Assembly (NCBI GenBank): GCA_963846035.1
Contig: CAWJUK010000027.1
Coordinates: 3,867 to 67,866 of the forward strand
Origin: an uncultured Acidobacteriaceae bacterium
Lineage (GTDB): Bacteria; Acidobacteriota; Terriglobia; Bryobacterales; Bryobacteraceae
Length of the DNA stretch: 64,000 nucleotides
Direction: 5' to 3'
Part shown: positions 11,506-21,194 of the stretch, one piece after another
How the letters are laid out: every line of letters begins with the position of its first letter
Position numbering within the stretch: position 1 is the first letter of the stretch
Program-made: the position numbers and the translations under genes
Notes under the pieces: model-generated
What the model was told of the DNA's origin: nothing
Database searches by the model: none
The model's input: only the letters and a program-made list of their open reading frames with translations

Positions 11506-14500
11506 ATGAGACTCCTCACCATTCACCATTGCCTCCCGATTGCGCTCCTGGTCCTCATGCTGGGTGGGCCCTTCAACGCCCGCGCCCAGACATCAGCCGC
11601 TTCGGAACCCGATTACAGCAAAGTCGACGATTTCCTCGATGGGCAACGAACTCTTTTTTCGATCAACGATGTGATGATCGGCGGTTTGGTGCTGCCGACG
11701 GATGACGGCACGAAGATCCCCGAATCTGACGTCTACACGCTGCCCGGATTCGTTCCGGTGCATGTGAACATCGAGACTGCGGTTCGCATGTTCGACTCAT
11801 CGCACGATACGTTGATTTATAACAACGTGACAGTCCTGTTCGCGGCAGATCCGGATAGCGGGAAGGCCGTGAAACTTTCAATCGGCGGGCCAGGTGACGA
11901 GCTCGATTTGTCGGCCATAGCCACCGGCGACTTCAAGCAGAATGGATTCAAGGACGTCGTCATCGCTTCGAAATCCGGCGTGCGGATTGTCGCCGCGCGC
12001 GACCCGCACGATTTTGCTAAAGGCCTGTATACAGGGCCGGTTTTCAAACCTGCTAATTATCTGGCTGATTACAGAACAAGCAATACCAATCTCTCGCTTG
12101 CGGTAGGAGACTTTCTCGGTGACGGCCAGCACGAGGTCGCGCTGTTTTATGGCAATACCGATAAGAACAAAGCCCTGCTCGATATCCTGACCGTCGATCC
12201 AAAGACCCTTGCGCTCACGTCTAAGTCCGAATTTCTGGTGGTTCTTCACGCGCCGACTTTTTCCGTAACGGGAAGTTTAGCCGCGGGGCGTTTCGGGAGC
12301 GCCGTCCACGATCAACTGGCGATGGGCGTTTACGCTTACAAGAGCATCGAACCGCAGCACAGGCTGACAATCCGATCCTTCGACGTCGACAGCTCTTTTA
12401 AAGTCATTCAAAAGGACGGGGTAGCCACGCCGTTTGAATCGGGTGGTGATGTAGCTGTTCAGGCCGCGCGGTTCAATCCTGCTTCACCGTATTATCAATT
12501 GGCCGTGAAATACGATTTAGGCCGCGGGAAGGTTCGCCTGGGGATCGTCACTTTCGACACGGCGCTAAAGATCCGGCTGCCGAATTTCACGGTGGCGCCG
12601 GTTAGCTGCAGCGTGGCGGGCCTGTCGGTCGGAAATTTCAGCCGCATCGAGCCGGTGCCGACGAATCCTGACAAAACACAGCAGAGTTTATTGCTTCAAT
12701 TGGCGATCGAAACCGACAATTGCTCGGGCAGAGACATGGGGCTAAATATTTTTAACGTCAACCCGCCCGCAACTCCCGGGGGAGATTTCACAATAGATCC
12801 GAAGCAAGCGTTTACCCGAACGACGAACGATCCGCAGTGGCTGCAGAACCTGAATCTTCCGATCATTGCGATCGACACAAGGGGCCGCTCGTTCATCCTC
12901 GGCCAGCCGACGAAAGTGGTCATCGAGGATACGGACCAGCCTTCCGTCGTCGCGGCGATGCCGCCGATGCACGTTGATTTCATCCCGCCGGTTGGCAGTA
13001 ATACGCCGGAAATCCTGAATGTAAGCGCGATTCCGGATGGTTTCCGTACGCTGTACGAAACAACATCATCGGAAGAAAAGGAATCGAGTACAACCAATAC
13101 CGCAAGTTGGAGCTACGGCGCCGAGCAGAAAGTATCAGCTTCGGTAGAAATCGGAAGCGTTGAAGACGGGTTCGGGGCAAAGGTGAGTGCCGCGACCCGA
13201 GCCGCGCAAGATTTCAAGGAAGTAAGCGAGACGGAACACGGCAGCTACGAAGCGAAGAAATTCAGCGTGCACGTAAAAACCGGTTTTTCCGATCACGTCT
13301 GGCTTACTGGAACGCGCTTCAACATTTACGTTTACCCGGTTTTGGGCAAGACGGTGTGCCCGGCCGCTGAGCCCGATTGCAAGGAGAGCGAAAAGTTTCC
13401 GCTAACCATTCAGTTTTCGGCACCCGACTATACGTCTTATGAACACCTGGATGGAAAGCTTGTCCCGTGGTACCAGCCGCCATGGGAGCCGGGAAATTTG
13501 CTCTCGTACCCCGCGAACTTCGGGCAGCTGCAGCAGTCCGTTCCAGCTATCGACAAGCTCTCCGCGGATAATACGTGGAGGACGGATGAGAGCACGCTGA
13601 CCGAACAAACCGATTGGATAAAAGAGGAGACCAATGGAACCAGCACAAGCGTCGACGAGAATTACTCCTTCAATCACGAATTGTCTGTGGCAGGCGCGTG
13701 CTGTGGCCGTTTGGTCACCGGCACGGTTTCGGCTGAGCTGAACCTGAGCGGGAGCACCGGTTTCACAGATCTGAACAAGGCCATCGCCACTGTTGGCAAA
13801 TCAACCGGCCTCGGAGTTGAGAAGCCTGGAACCTTCCTTACTCCTACGAATTACAATTACGCGGTCACGCCCTACATCTTCGGGCAGCCTCACCCGCCCA
13901 GCATGGTCGACAAAGTTCCACTCGAAGGAGATGTCGAGACGTCAGGCATTCTGCGCACCGCGTTTGTCGCGAACCCACTCCGCACGAATGCGGGCCGCTG
14001 GTGGAGGAGCGCTTACTCCAGCGCGCCTGATGTGGGGCTGAGCCATCCTTCTCGCTGGGAAATCGAATCCTTGGGTCTTGAAAATCCGATCCCGCGGAAC
14101 TGCCGCCAGGTGGGATCAAGAGAAACGACAATGGACTGCGCCATTTTTGGGCCCAGCTTCCCCAACAAGCCGTGGGACAGCTTATTTCATATCATGCGCG
14201 GCTTCTTCATCTCGAGCGCGCTGAATCCCGGTAAAGGCCCGCAACTCACCACGGCGATGGCAGGCGATAAACTGACGCTCGAAGCTCGCGTCTACAACTT
14301 CAGTTTCGCGCCCATGCCGTCTAATAGCGAAGTGCATGTCCGCTTCTACGTCCAGCCGCTCGATGAAAGAAAAAACCCGATCGGGAATAGCCAACTGATC
14401 AATGAACAGGACGTGGTGCTCTCATCGATCCCTCCGTTCAGCGAGGATGTGAATGCTCCCGCGAACTGGGTGCTTGCCACCAGTACGTTCGATACAACAC

Positions 14501-15054
14501 CCTACGAGAGTCAGTACCTGACGTTTTGGGTGGTCGTTTGGATGCAGACGCCCGATGGGAAGCTTGTTCCCGAGATCGCGGGCCATGGTCTCAAGCGCAT
14601 TCCCGGAACGCTGAATTCGATCGCGGATGTGAAAACCGAGGCGTACAGTAACAACGTCGGCTTCTACAACTCTGAATTCTATGTTTTTGCGAAAAATTCG
14701 CTTGCCGCAGAACCTCCAACCAACGCTGAACCCGCGACCATTGCGATGGACCCACTTTCAATCTCAGATTGTCAGCCTTTGCGCGGACACGTTACTCGAA
14801 TCGCAACGCTGCTGAACGCGGAACACAACAGCGCTTCAGGCGTTACGGCGATCTTTTACGACGGAGACCCGAACGCCGGTGGCACAGCGTTCGGCTTCGA
14901 GCGTGCTCCTTATATTGCGGAAAACAGCCTATACACGATAGAAGCGCCATATTTCGCAAGCACGTGTGGACCGCACGATATTTACGTAGTGGTACATCCG
15001 GGCGCAGCAGACGAGGTTGTACAAAAATCGTCTTTGACCGTCGAATGCCATTGA
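11506..15054 (+). CDS. large secreted protein of unknown function (FG-GAP-like N-terminal region, two Ig/CARDB-like C-terminal modules)
   Basis: ATG 11506 gives a signal peptide, MRLLTIHHCLPIALLVLMLGGPFNARAQT. The ORF is 1183 uninterrupted codons. FG-GAP-like strands are present (ATGDFKQNGFKDVVIA, AVGDFLGDGQHEVALF). The C-terminal sequence VTAIFYDGDPNAGGTAFGF..IYVVVHPG is CARDB-like. Confidence 0.75.
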   Translation: MRLLTIHHCLPIALLVLMLGGPFNARAQTSAASEPDYSKVDDFLDGQRTLFSINDVMIGGLVLPTDDGTKIPESDVYTLPGFVPVHVNIETAVRMFDSSHDTLIYNNVTVLFAADPDSGKAVKLSIGGPGDELDLSAIATGDFKQNGFKDVVIASKSGVRIVAARDPHDFAKGLYTGPVFKPANYLADYRTSNTNLSLAVGDFLGDGQHEVALFYGNTDKNKALLDILTVDPKTLALTSKSEFLVVLHAPTFSVTGSLAAGRFGSAVHDQLAMGVYAYKSIEPQHRLTIRSFDVDSSFKVIQKDGVATPFESGGDVAVQAARFNPASPYYQLAVKYDLGRGKVRLGIVTFDTALKIRLPNFTVAPVSCSVAGLSVGNFSRIEPVPTNPDKTQQSLLLQLAIETDNCSGRDMGLNIFNVNPPATPGGDFTIDPKQAFTRTTNDPQWLQNLNLPIIAIDTRGRSFILGQPTKVVIEDTDQPSVVAAMPPMHVDFIPPVGSNTPEILNVSAIPDGFRTLYETTSSEEKESSTTNTASWSYGAEQKVSASVEIGSVEDGFGAKVSAATRAAQDFKEVSETEHGSYEAKKFSVHVKTGFSDHVWLTGTRFNIYVYPVLGKTVCPAAEPDCKESEKFPLTIQFSAPDYTSYEHLDGKLVPWYQPPWEPGNLLSYPANFGQLQQSVPAIDKLSADNTWRTDESTLTEQTDWIKEETNGTSTSVDENYSFNHELSVAGACCGRLVTGTVSAELNLSGSTGFTDLNKAIATVGKSTGLGVEKPGTFLTPTNYNYAVTPYIFGQPHPPSMVDKVPLEGDVETSGILRTAFVANPLRTNAGRWWRSAYSSAPDVGLSHPSRWEIESLGLENPIPRNCRQVGSRETTMDCAIFGPSFPNKPWDSLFHIMRGFFISSALNPGKGPQLTTAMAGDKLTLEARVYNFSFAPMPSNSEVHVRFYVQPLDERKNPIGNSQLINEQDVVLSSIPPFSEDVNAPANWVLATSTFDTTPYESQYLTFWVVVWMQTPDGKLVPEIAGHGLKRIPGTLNSIADVKTEAYSNNVGFYNSEFYVFAKNSLAAEPPTNAEPATIAMDPLSISDCQPLRGHVTRIATLLNAEHNSASGVTAIFYDGDPNAGGTAFGFERAPYIAENSLYTIEAPYFASTCGPHDIYVVVHPGAADEVVQKSSLTVECH

Positions 15055-15074
15055 GCGAGCTCCTGTAACCGAGA

Positions 15075-15105
15075 AGAGGGCCGGTTCTACCGGAACTGGC
15101 CCTCT
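15075..15105 (+). terminator. strong hairpin downstream of the large secreted-protein gene (no U-tract)
   Basis: AGAGGGCCGGTTC-taccg-GAACTGGCCCTCT forms a 13-bp stem 21 nt after the stop codon. It is followed by ACCCC, not a T-run. Confidence 0.35.
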
Positions 15106-15225
15106 ACCCCGCGCAGCCGATCCTGCCGTTTCAACACGTCTCGCGGCTTGCTGCCCTCCGCCATGCAATCATGTTATATTTCGCGTGTCTGCTGACGGGG
15201 AGACATAAACGTTTGAGGTGCAGCT

Positions 15226-16674
15226 ATGAACGTATTTGAAACAAAATCGCTCGAGAGACTGCTTTCAGAATCGGAACACGGCGATCACGGCGTCACCTTG
15301 AAGCGGACATTGAGTGCAACAACGCTCGTGGCGCTTGGAATTGGCGCGGTAATCGGTGCAGGCATCTTCACCCTTACGGGAGTCGCGGCTGCAAATCACG
15401 CGGGGCCGGCTTTGGTCTACTCCTTCATACTTGCCGCGATCGGCTGCGGGTTCGCAGCGTTTTGCTACAGCGAGTTCGCAACCATGATCCCGATCGCGGG
15501 CAGCGCGTATACTTACGCGTACGCGACTCTCGGCGAAATTATTGCGTGGGTCATCGGCTGGGCGCTGATCCTTGAATATGCTATCGGGGCGGCAACGGTT
15601 GCGGTGAGCTGGTCGGCAACCATCGCATCCATTCTGAAAGACTTCGGTGTGATCATTCCGCCGGCGATCGCGGGCTCGCCATATGACATGAACCATCCGG
15701 GCGCACTGAACCTGGTTGCGGTTTTCATCGTCGTCGCGATTTCCGCAATTCTGATCATTGGCATCCGGGAGTCGGCCCGATTCAATTCCTTCATCGTGTT
15801 CGTGAAGGTCAGCGTGGTCATCCTGTTTATCCTGCTCGGCTATTTCTATATCAATCGCGCAAACTATCATCCCTTTCTGCCGGTGAACGCGGGCACCTTC
15901 GGAAAATACGGGTGGTCCGGCGTGTTAGCAGCCGCGGGCCAGGTGTTTTTTGCTTACATCGGATTCGACGCAGTCTCCACTGCGGCGCAGGAGGCGAAAA
16001 ACCCCAAGCGCGACATGCCGATCGGCATCATCGGTTCGCTCGCAATTTGCACCATTCTCTACATCCTGTATTCGCTGGTGCTTACCGGGCTGGTGAATTA
16101 CAAGGCGCTAGGCGTTCCGGATCCTCTGCCGGTCGCTGTGGATCAAATGCGGAGTTACCCCTGGGTGGGCGAGCTCATGAAGGTCGGGTCGCTGCTGGGC
16201 CTCACATCCGTCATTTTGGTCATGCTTCTCGGCCAATCTCGAGTCTTTTATTCCATGTCTCGCGACGGGCTTTTGCCAGGCTTGTTCTCGCGCATTCACC
16301 CCAGATTTCAAACACCCTACCTGTCGAACGTAGTGCTACTGATTTTCGTTTCGCTGGGCGCAGCGTTTACTCCCATAGAAGAACTCGGCAAATTGACCAG
16401 CATGGGGACGCTCTTCGCGTTCATCGTCGTGTGCGCGGGCATTATGGTCCTCCGCAGGACACGGCCGGACCTTCCTCGCCCCTTCCGAACACCGTGGGTG
16501 CCGGTCATTCCGATCCTAGGCATACTCGTGAACCTCGGCCTGATGGCTGGTTTGGACCGGACGATCTGGCTCGCCTTCTTCATCTGGATGGCGCTGGGGC
16601 TGATCGTGTATCTCGCCTACAGCCGGTTCCACAGTCATCTCCAGCAAAGGCAACCGGAGACCGCGCGCTACTAG
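15226..16674 (+). CDS. APC-superfamily amino-acid permease (cationic amino-acid transporter type)
   Basis: Length is 482 aa with about 12-13 hydrophobic segments. The APC N-terminal consensus LKRTLSATTLVALGIGAVIGAGIF is present, and GAGGTG sits upstream of the ATG. Confidence 0.88.
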   Translation: MNVFETKSLERLLSESEHGDHGVTLKRTLSATTLVALGIGAVIGAGIFTLTGVAAANHAGPALVYSFILAAIGCGFAAFCYSEFATMIPIAGSAYTYAYATLGEIIAWVIGWALILEYAIGAATVAVSWSATIASILKDFGVIIPPAIAGSPYDMNHPGALNLVAVFIVVAISAILIIGIRESARFNSFIVFVKVSVVILFILLGYFYINRANYHPFLPVNAGTFGKYGWSGVLAAAGQVFFAYIGFDAVSTAAQEAKNPKRDMPIGIIGSLAICTILYILYSLVLTGLVNYKALGVPDPLPVAVDQMRSYPWVGELMKVGSLLGLTSVILVMLLGQSRVFYSMSRDGLLPGLFSRIHPRFQTPYLSNVVLLIFVSLGAAFTPIEELGKLTSMGTLFAFIVVCAGIMVLRRTRPDLPRPFRTPWVPVIPILGILVNLGLMAGLDRTIWLAFFIWMALGLIVYLAYSRFHSHLQQRQPETARY

Positions 16675-17357
16675 GCACGGGCGGCGACGATCCACTCCTC
16701 CGCTCTGCGGCGGAATGCGTTGCGGTCAAACTTTTCCGGTAGCAATCCCGAAATGACGGCCACCGAGTCGGCGCCCGTGCTCAAAACCTCGCGTGCATTT
16801 GCCAGGGTGATGCCGCCAATCGCGACCAGCGGCTTTTCTGTAACAGGCCGCAAATCACGGAGGCCCTCAAGCCCCAAAACCGGATCGGGTCTGGCCTTGG
16901 TGTCTGTTGCGAAAATTGGTCCTACTGAGACGTATTCTACCGGCTCTTCATTCGCGCGAGTGAGTTGCAGCCGATTGTGCGTGGAGAGTCCCATCACTTC
17001 ATCGTGGATCACGCGCCGGGCCGCAACCGGAGGCAAATCCTCTTGTCCGACGTGCAACGCGGCTCCCAAGAGACGCGCAAAATCGGCGCGGTCGTTTAGC
17101 ACGAACAATACGCCCGCGCCGTGACATAATCGGCCCATTTGCGCCGCTTCGTCATATTCGGCCTGCGTCCAATTTCCCTTGTGCCGGTATTGAAGGATTT
17201 TGATGCCGGCCCGAAGAAGAATCTCGGTGGCCAACGTTGCAGATAGTTGGCAGGAGCGCAGTAGTGCAGTGTCCAGAATCGGATAAAAGCGCGGAAGGCG
17301 GAACGGAATCGGTTTGAAGAGCGGGCTGGATTCAACAGAAGGCACGAAACCGACCAT
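16671..17357 (-). CDS. thiE: thiamine-phosphate synthase
   Basis: Motifs: FYPILDT, ILQYRHK, LFVLNDRADFA, HVGQEDLP, GLSTHN, YVSVGPIFAT.TK, VAIGGI. I prefer ATG 17357; the longest ORF starts at 17387 and would overlap the divergent RNase T2 start. Confidence 0.85.
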   Translation of the reverse strand: MVGFVPSVESSPLFKPIPFRLPRFYPILDTALLRSCQLSATLATEILLRAGIKILQYRHKGNWTQAEYDEAAQMGRLCHGAGVLFVLNDRADFARLLGAALHVGQEDLPPVAARRVIHDEVMGLSTHNRLQLTRANEEPVEYVSVGPIFATDTKARPDPVLGLEGLRDLRPVTEKPLVAIGGITLANAREVLSTGADSVAVISGLLPEKFDRNAFRRRAEEWIVAARA

Positions 17358-17381
17358 TGTACTTTTCTCGTCCACAAACAG

Positions 17382-18020
17382 ATGCAAGGGTTGATAGCAG
17401 CCTCAATCGCGCTCGCGTTCCTTGGCACAGGCGCGCGGCAAACGGGTGAGCCCTCTCAGCAAAGCGGTAAACCGGGCGTTTTCGACTATTACGTTCTCGC
17501 ACTCTCCTGGTCACCCGAGTATTGTTTCCATGAAAAAGAAAGCCCGGAGTGTATCAACGGGAAGCCTCGCGGGTTTGTTGTTCACGGTCTCTGGCCGCAG
17601 TTTATGAACGGAAATTACCCCGAACACTGCTCGAACAGCCCGGATGATTCAAACGCTTCGGCCATGCTCGACATCATGCCCGATCCTGCGCTGGTGGCCC
17701 ATGAATGGAGCACGCACGGGACCTGCAGCGGCCTGAACGCGAGCGCGTATTTCGACCTGATTCGGAAGGCATTCACTTCCATTGCGATTCCGAAGCAATT
17801 CAACGCGCCATCCAACTCGTTCACCATCAGTCCACAGACTCTGAAGCAAGCCTTCGAATCGGTAAACCCGAATCTGACCGACGCCGATATGGCGGTGATC
17901 TGTACAGGCAGATTTTTGCAAAGCATTGAGATCTGCATGAGCAAGAGCCTAAAACCCATGCCGTGCTCCGCGGCGCACGATTGCCACGCAAGAGTGGTTA
18001 CGGTGGCGGCGGTTCGCTGA
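17382..18020 (+). CDS. secreted ribonuclease T2 family protein
   Basis: It has a signal peptide, the CAS-I box FVVHGLWPQ, the CAS-II box HEWSTHGTC, and FDYYVLALSWSPEYC. Confidence 0.85.
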   Translation: MQGLIAASIALAFLGTGARQTGEPSQQSGKPGVFDYYVLALSWSPEYCFHEKESPECINGKPRGFVVHGLWPQFMNGNYPEHCSNSPDDSNASAMLDIMPDPALVAHEWSTHGTCSGLNASAYFDLIRKAFTSIAIPKQFNAPSNSFTISPQTLKQAFESVNPNLTDADMAVICTGRFLQSIEICMSKSLKPMPCSAAHDCHARVVTVAAVR

Positions 18021-18046
18021 TTCTCCTGCTATTCTGAAGATTCCCC

Positions 18047-19471
18047 TTGAAGATCGGATTCGTAAGCCTGGGCTGCCCCAAGAACCTCGTTGACACGGAG
18101 GTCATGATGGGCCAGCTCATTACCGCGGGCCATGAATTGACGCCTCAGCCGGCCGAAGCTGACGTGATCGTCGTCAATACCTGCAGCTTCATCGATCCGG
18201 CGAAGCAGGAATCCGTCGATACAATCCTCGAGATGGCCGAATACAAGAAAACGGGGAAAGCGCAGCGCCTGATCGTCGCCGGATGCCTGGTGGAGCGCTA
18301 TCGATCGAGCATTGAAGAGCAAATTCCGGAAGTGGATGCGGTTCTCGGCACCAACGAGCTTGACCGGATCACCGCGCTATGCGAGGGGCTTCCGCCGAAA
18401 CAGCTTGCGCCGGAGCCGTACCTCTATCACGACCTCACAGCGCGCGTGTTCACCACCCCGCCTCATTCGGCGTACATCAAAATCGCCGAAGGCTGCGATC
18501 ATCCATGCACGTTCTGTGTGATTCCGCAGTACCGCGGTAAATTCCGCAGCCGGCGCTTTGAAAGCGTGGTCAGCGAAGCTACCCGCATGTTTGCCATGGG
18601 AGTGCGTGAGATCAATCTGATCGGGCAGGATACAACTTGCTACGGCGAAGACCTGGGCCTGAAAGACGGATTGGCTCAACTGCTTGCTCGCTTGGCTTGT
18701 ATTCCGTCGGAGACGCCAAGATGGGTGCGGTTTCTATACGCGTACCCAAACAAGATCACGCAGAAGCTGCTGGATACTATAGCCGCACACGACATGTTGG
18801 TCAAATACATCGATATGCCGCTGCAGCATGCCAGCGCAGGTGTGCTGAAGCGCATGAAGCGCGGGGCGCATTCCGGCATCTTCCTGAAGCTCCTCGAAAG
18901 AATTCGATCGACGGTTCCGAATGTTGGAATTCGAACAAGTATGATCGTAGGCTTTCCTGGCGAGACGGACGCCGATTTCGAAGAGTTGTGCCAGTTCATT
19001 CAAGCGGCGCAGTTCGACCGGCTGGGTGTCTTTTCATACAGCGATGAGGACACCAGTCAGAGTTTTCACTTGGACGCAAAAGTGGACGCGCGGACAATTT
19101 ACAACCGCAAGCGAAGGCTGCTTGCCTTACAGCGGCGAATCTCGCTGGCTCGAAACCGGAGTTTGTTAGGCGCCGAGCTTCCGGTACTGATTGAGGGGCC
19201 ATCGAAGGAGACCGAACTGCTTTGGGAAGCGCGGCTGCAAACGCAGGCTCCGGAGATTGACGGCACATGCTATGTCAACGATTTCGGTCCGGGCGAGCCT
19301 CGCGCAGGCGAGATGCGCTTGATGCGCGTCACGGAAGCTCACGACTACGATGTTGTCGGTCGACTGGTTGATGCGCCAGAACGCATGCAGCGGTTGCAGG
19401 CTCCGGCAAGCCCGTTTGCAATTCTTCCTTCCACTGAAAAGGTGTTTGGCGCTTTGGCGACGGTCCGATAA
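18047..19471 (+). CDS. rimO: ribosomal protein S12 methylthiotransferase
   Basis: MKIGFVSLGCPKNLVDTE at the N-terminus, the radical-SAM motif CDHPCTFCVIPQYRG, and a TRAM-like C-terminus. Length is 474 aa. Confidence 0.9.
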   Translation: MKIGFVSLGCPKNLVDTEVMMGQLITAGHELTPQPAEADVIVVNTCSFIDPAKQESVDTILEMAEYKKTGKAQRLIVAGCLVERYRSSIEEQIPEVDAVLGTNELDRITALCEGLPPKQLAPEPYLYHDLTARVFTTPPHSAYIKIAEGCDHPCTFCVIPQYRGKFRSRRFESVVSEATRMFAMGVREINLIGQDTTCYGEDLGLKDGLAQLLARLACIPSETPRWVRFLYAYPNKITQKLLDTIAAHDMLVKYIDMPLQHASAGVLKRMKRGAHSGIFLKLLERIRSTVPNVGIRTSMIVGFPGETDADFEELCQFIQAAQFDRLGVFSYSDEDTSQSFHLDAKVDARTIYNRKRRLLALQRRISLARNRSLLGAELPVLIEGPSKETELLWEARLQTQAPEIDGTCYVNDFGPGEPRAGEMRLMRVTEAHDYDVVGRLVDAPERMQRLQAPASPFAILPSTEKVFGALATVR

Positions 19472-19500
19472 TAAAGGCGAGGCAGGAGGCGCGGGGACAT

Positions 19501-19701
19501 TTGGCAGCCGCTGTGCATTGCCCCATTTGCAAAAGGGAAGTTGCTTTGGATGATCCCAACATGCCGTTTTGCAGTGACCGTTGCCGGATCATCGATTTGG
19601 GGAATTGGGCATCTGAGAAATACGTCATATGCACGCCCGTCGCGGCGGATGAGTTGGAAGGGCCGGAATCATCCACGCGGGGTGAAGGCTCCTCGCAGTG
19701 A
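19501..19701 (+). CDS. yacG: DNA gyrase inhibitor YacG (zinc ribbon)
   Basis: CPICK..(13)..FCSDRCRIIDLGNW. The start is TTG 19501 (alternative GTG at 19513). Confidence 0.75.
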   Translation: MAAAVHCPICKREVALDDPNMPFCSDRCRIIDLGNWASEKYVICTPVAADELEGPESSTRGEGSSQ

Positions 19702-20162
19702 GGCGGCTGGCGATGGTGCTGGCTACATGGTTTGGTTGCGGCTACTTCCGGTGGGCACCCGGAACGATAGGATCGATCGCCGCGATTCTGATCGCCGGTG
19801 TTGCGCACGCATGTTTCGGAGCGGGCCGCTGGACGCTGCTCGCGATGATTATTGTGCTCCTCGGTCCTGGGATTTGGTCGGCAACTGTAACGGAGCGCGC
19901 CGCAAAGACTCATGATCCGGGCATGGTGGTAATAGATGAGGTGCTCGGACAGTGGGTGACGTTGCTCGGCGCTGCCGCGCTTGGATGGAAAGTTTTTGTC
20001 GTGGCGTTCGTTCTCTTCCGGATTTTCGATATCTGGAAGCCTTTTCCGGTTCGAAATTTTGAGAGACTACCCGAGGGATTTGGTATCGTCACAGACGATC
20101 TCGCGGCGGGAATCTACGGCGCACTTATTTTGTATATTGGCGGGGCGTTAAGGCTTTATTGA
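19698..20162 (+). CDS. pgpA: phosphatidylglycerophosphatase A
   Basis: Motifs: FGCGYFRWAPGTIGS, DEVLGQW, FRIFDIWKPFPV, GIVTDDLAAGIYG. The GTGA start/stop overlaps yacG. Confidence 0.85.
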   Translation: MRRLAMVLATWFGCGYFRWAPGTIGSIAAILIAGVAHACFGAGRWTLLAMIIVLLGPGIWSATVTERAAKTHDPGMVVIDEVLGQWVTLLGAAALGWKVFVVAFVLFRIFDIWKPFPVRNFERLPEGFGIVTDDLAAGIYGALILYIGGALRLY

Positions 20163-20164
20163 CT

Positions 20165-21193
20165 ATGTTGAGTAAACAGCACGCGGAAGAGCGGCCCAAG
20201 ATTGCGAAGGTCGAGCCTTCGGCGGCGATTACCGGAGGCGACTTGCACATTTACGGGCAGCATCTAACCGGGTCGGGCCGCCCGTCCGTAATGCTTGGAA
20301 ACGAAGCTGCGCACTTGATTGTTGCCGGCGATTCGTACATCATTGCGCGGGTTCCAGAATCGGCGGTCGTGGGTGATCTTGTGGTCGCCACGAACGGCCT
20401 TCGAAGTGAGACTCGCGAAACGCATATTGGGTTCGAAATCGCTGGCAGCCTCCATCCTGTGGCGAATCCCGCCGTGGACCGCCACGGGAATATTTACAGC
20501 ACCTTCAGTGGCTCGCGCGGCCAGAAATCGCCGGTCTCCATCTACAAAGTCGATACGAATTACAACTCGAAACCATTCGTCACAGACTTGATGAACCCCA
20601 CCGGCTTGGCGTTCGATCATGATGGATTGCTCTACGTGTCCAGTCGCTACGACGGCATCATTTATCAGATCTCCTCCAGCGGCAATATGTCCGTGTATGT
20701 CGAGGGAATGGGAGTTGCGACAGGTCTGGCTTTTGATCGAGACGAGAACCTGTACGTCGGCGATCGGAGCGGGACGATTTTCAAGATCAGCCGCTCTCGC
20801 CAGATCTACGTCTTTGCCACCCTCGAACCATCGATTGCGGCATATCACCTGGCGTTTGGACCTGACGATGACCTGTATGTGACGGGACCGACGACATCGA
20901 GCTTTGACTCCGTCTTCCGCATCTCAAAAGCCGGCGAGGTAGACACGTTTTACCGCGGTCTGGGCCGCCCCCAGGGACTCGCGTTCGATGCCCAGGGGCG
21001 CATGTACGTAGCGGCTTCATTGGGGGGACGGCGTGGAGTAGTACGCATCGACGGATCGCGGAGAGCGGAGCAGTTTCTTTCCGGACCCGGAATTGTAGGA
21101 CTGGCGTTCACGCCGGCGCGCTCTCTAATCGTTGCTACGCACAATGCGCTGTTTCGGGTTGACGTCGGGATTACCGGACGTCCAATGCCATAG
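20165..21193 (+). CDS. IPT/TIG domain plus NHL-repeat beta-propeller protein
   Basis: The N-terminal IPT-like segment is IAKVEPSAAITGGDLHIYGQHL. Five to six NHL-type blades follow (PTGLAFDHDGLLYVSS, ATGLAFDRDENLYVGD, LAFGPDDDLYVTG, PQGLAFDAQGRMYVAA). Confidence 0.7.
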   Translation: MLSKQHAEERPKIAKVEPSAAITGGDLHIYGQHLTGSGRPSVMLGNEAAHLIVAGDSYIIARVPESAVVGDLVVATNGLRSETRETHIGFEIAGSLHPVANPAVDRHGNIYSTFSGSRGQKSPVSIYKVDTNYNSKPFVTDLMNPTGLAFDHDGLLYVSSRYDGIIYQISSSGNMSVYVEGMGVATGLAFDRDENLYVGDRSGTIFKISRSRQIYVFATLEPSIAAYHLAFGPDDDLYVTGPTTSSFDSVFRISKAGEVDTFYRGLGRPQGLAFDAQGRMYVAASLGGRRGVVRIDGSRRAEQFLSGPGIVGLAFTPARSLIVATHNALFRVDVGITGRPMP

Positions 21194-21194
21194 G

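Noticed and set aside
17358-17520. TPP riboswitch upstream of thiE
   Set aside because: The region upstream of thiE is the coding sequence of the divergent RNase T2 gene, and no CTGAGA/ACCTGA-type TPP core is visible.
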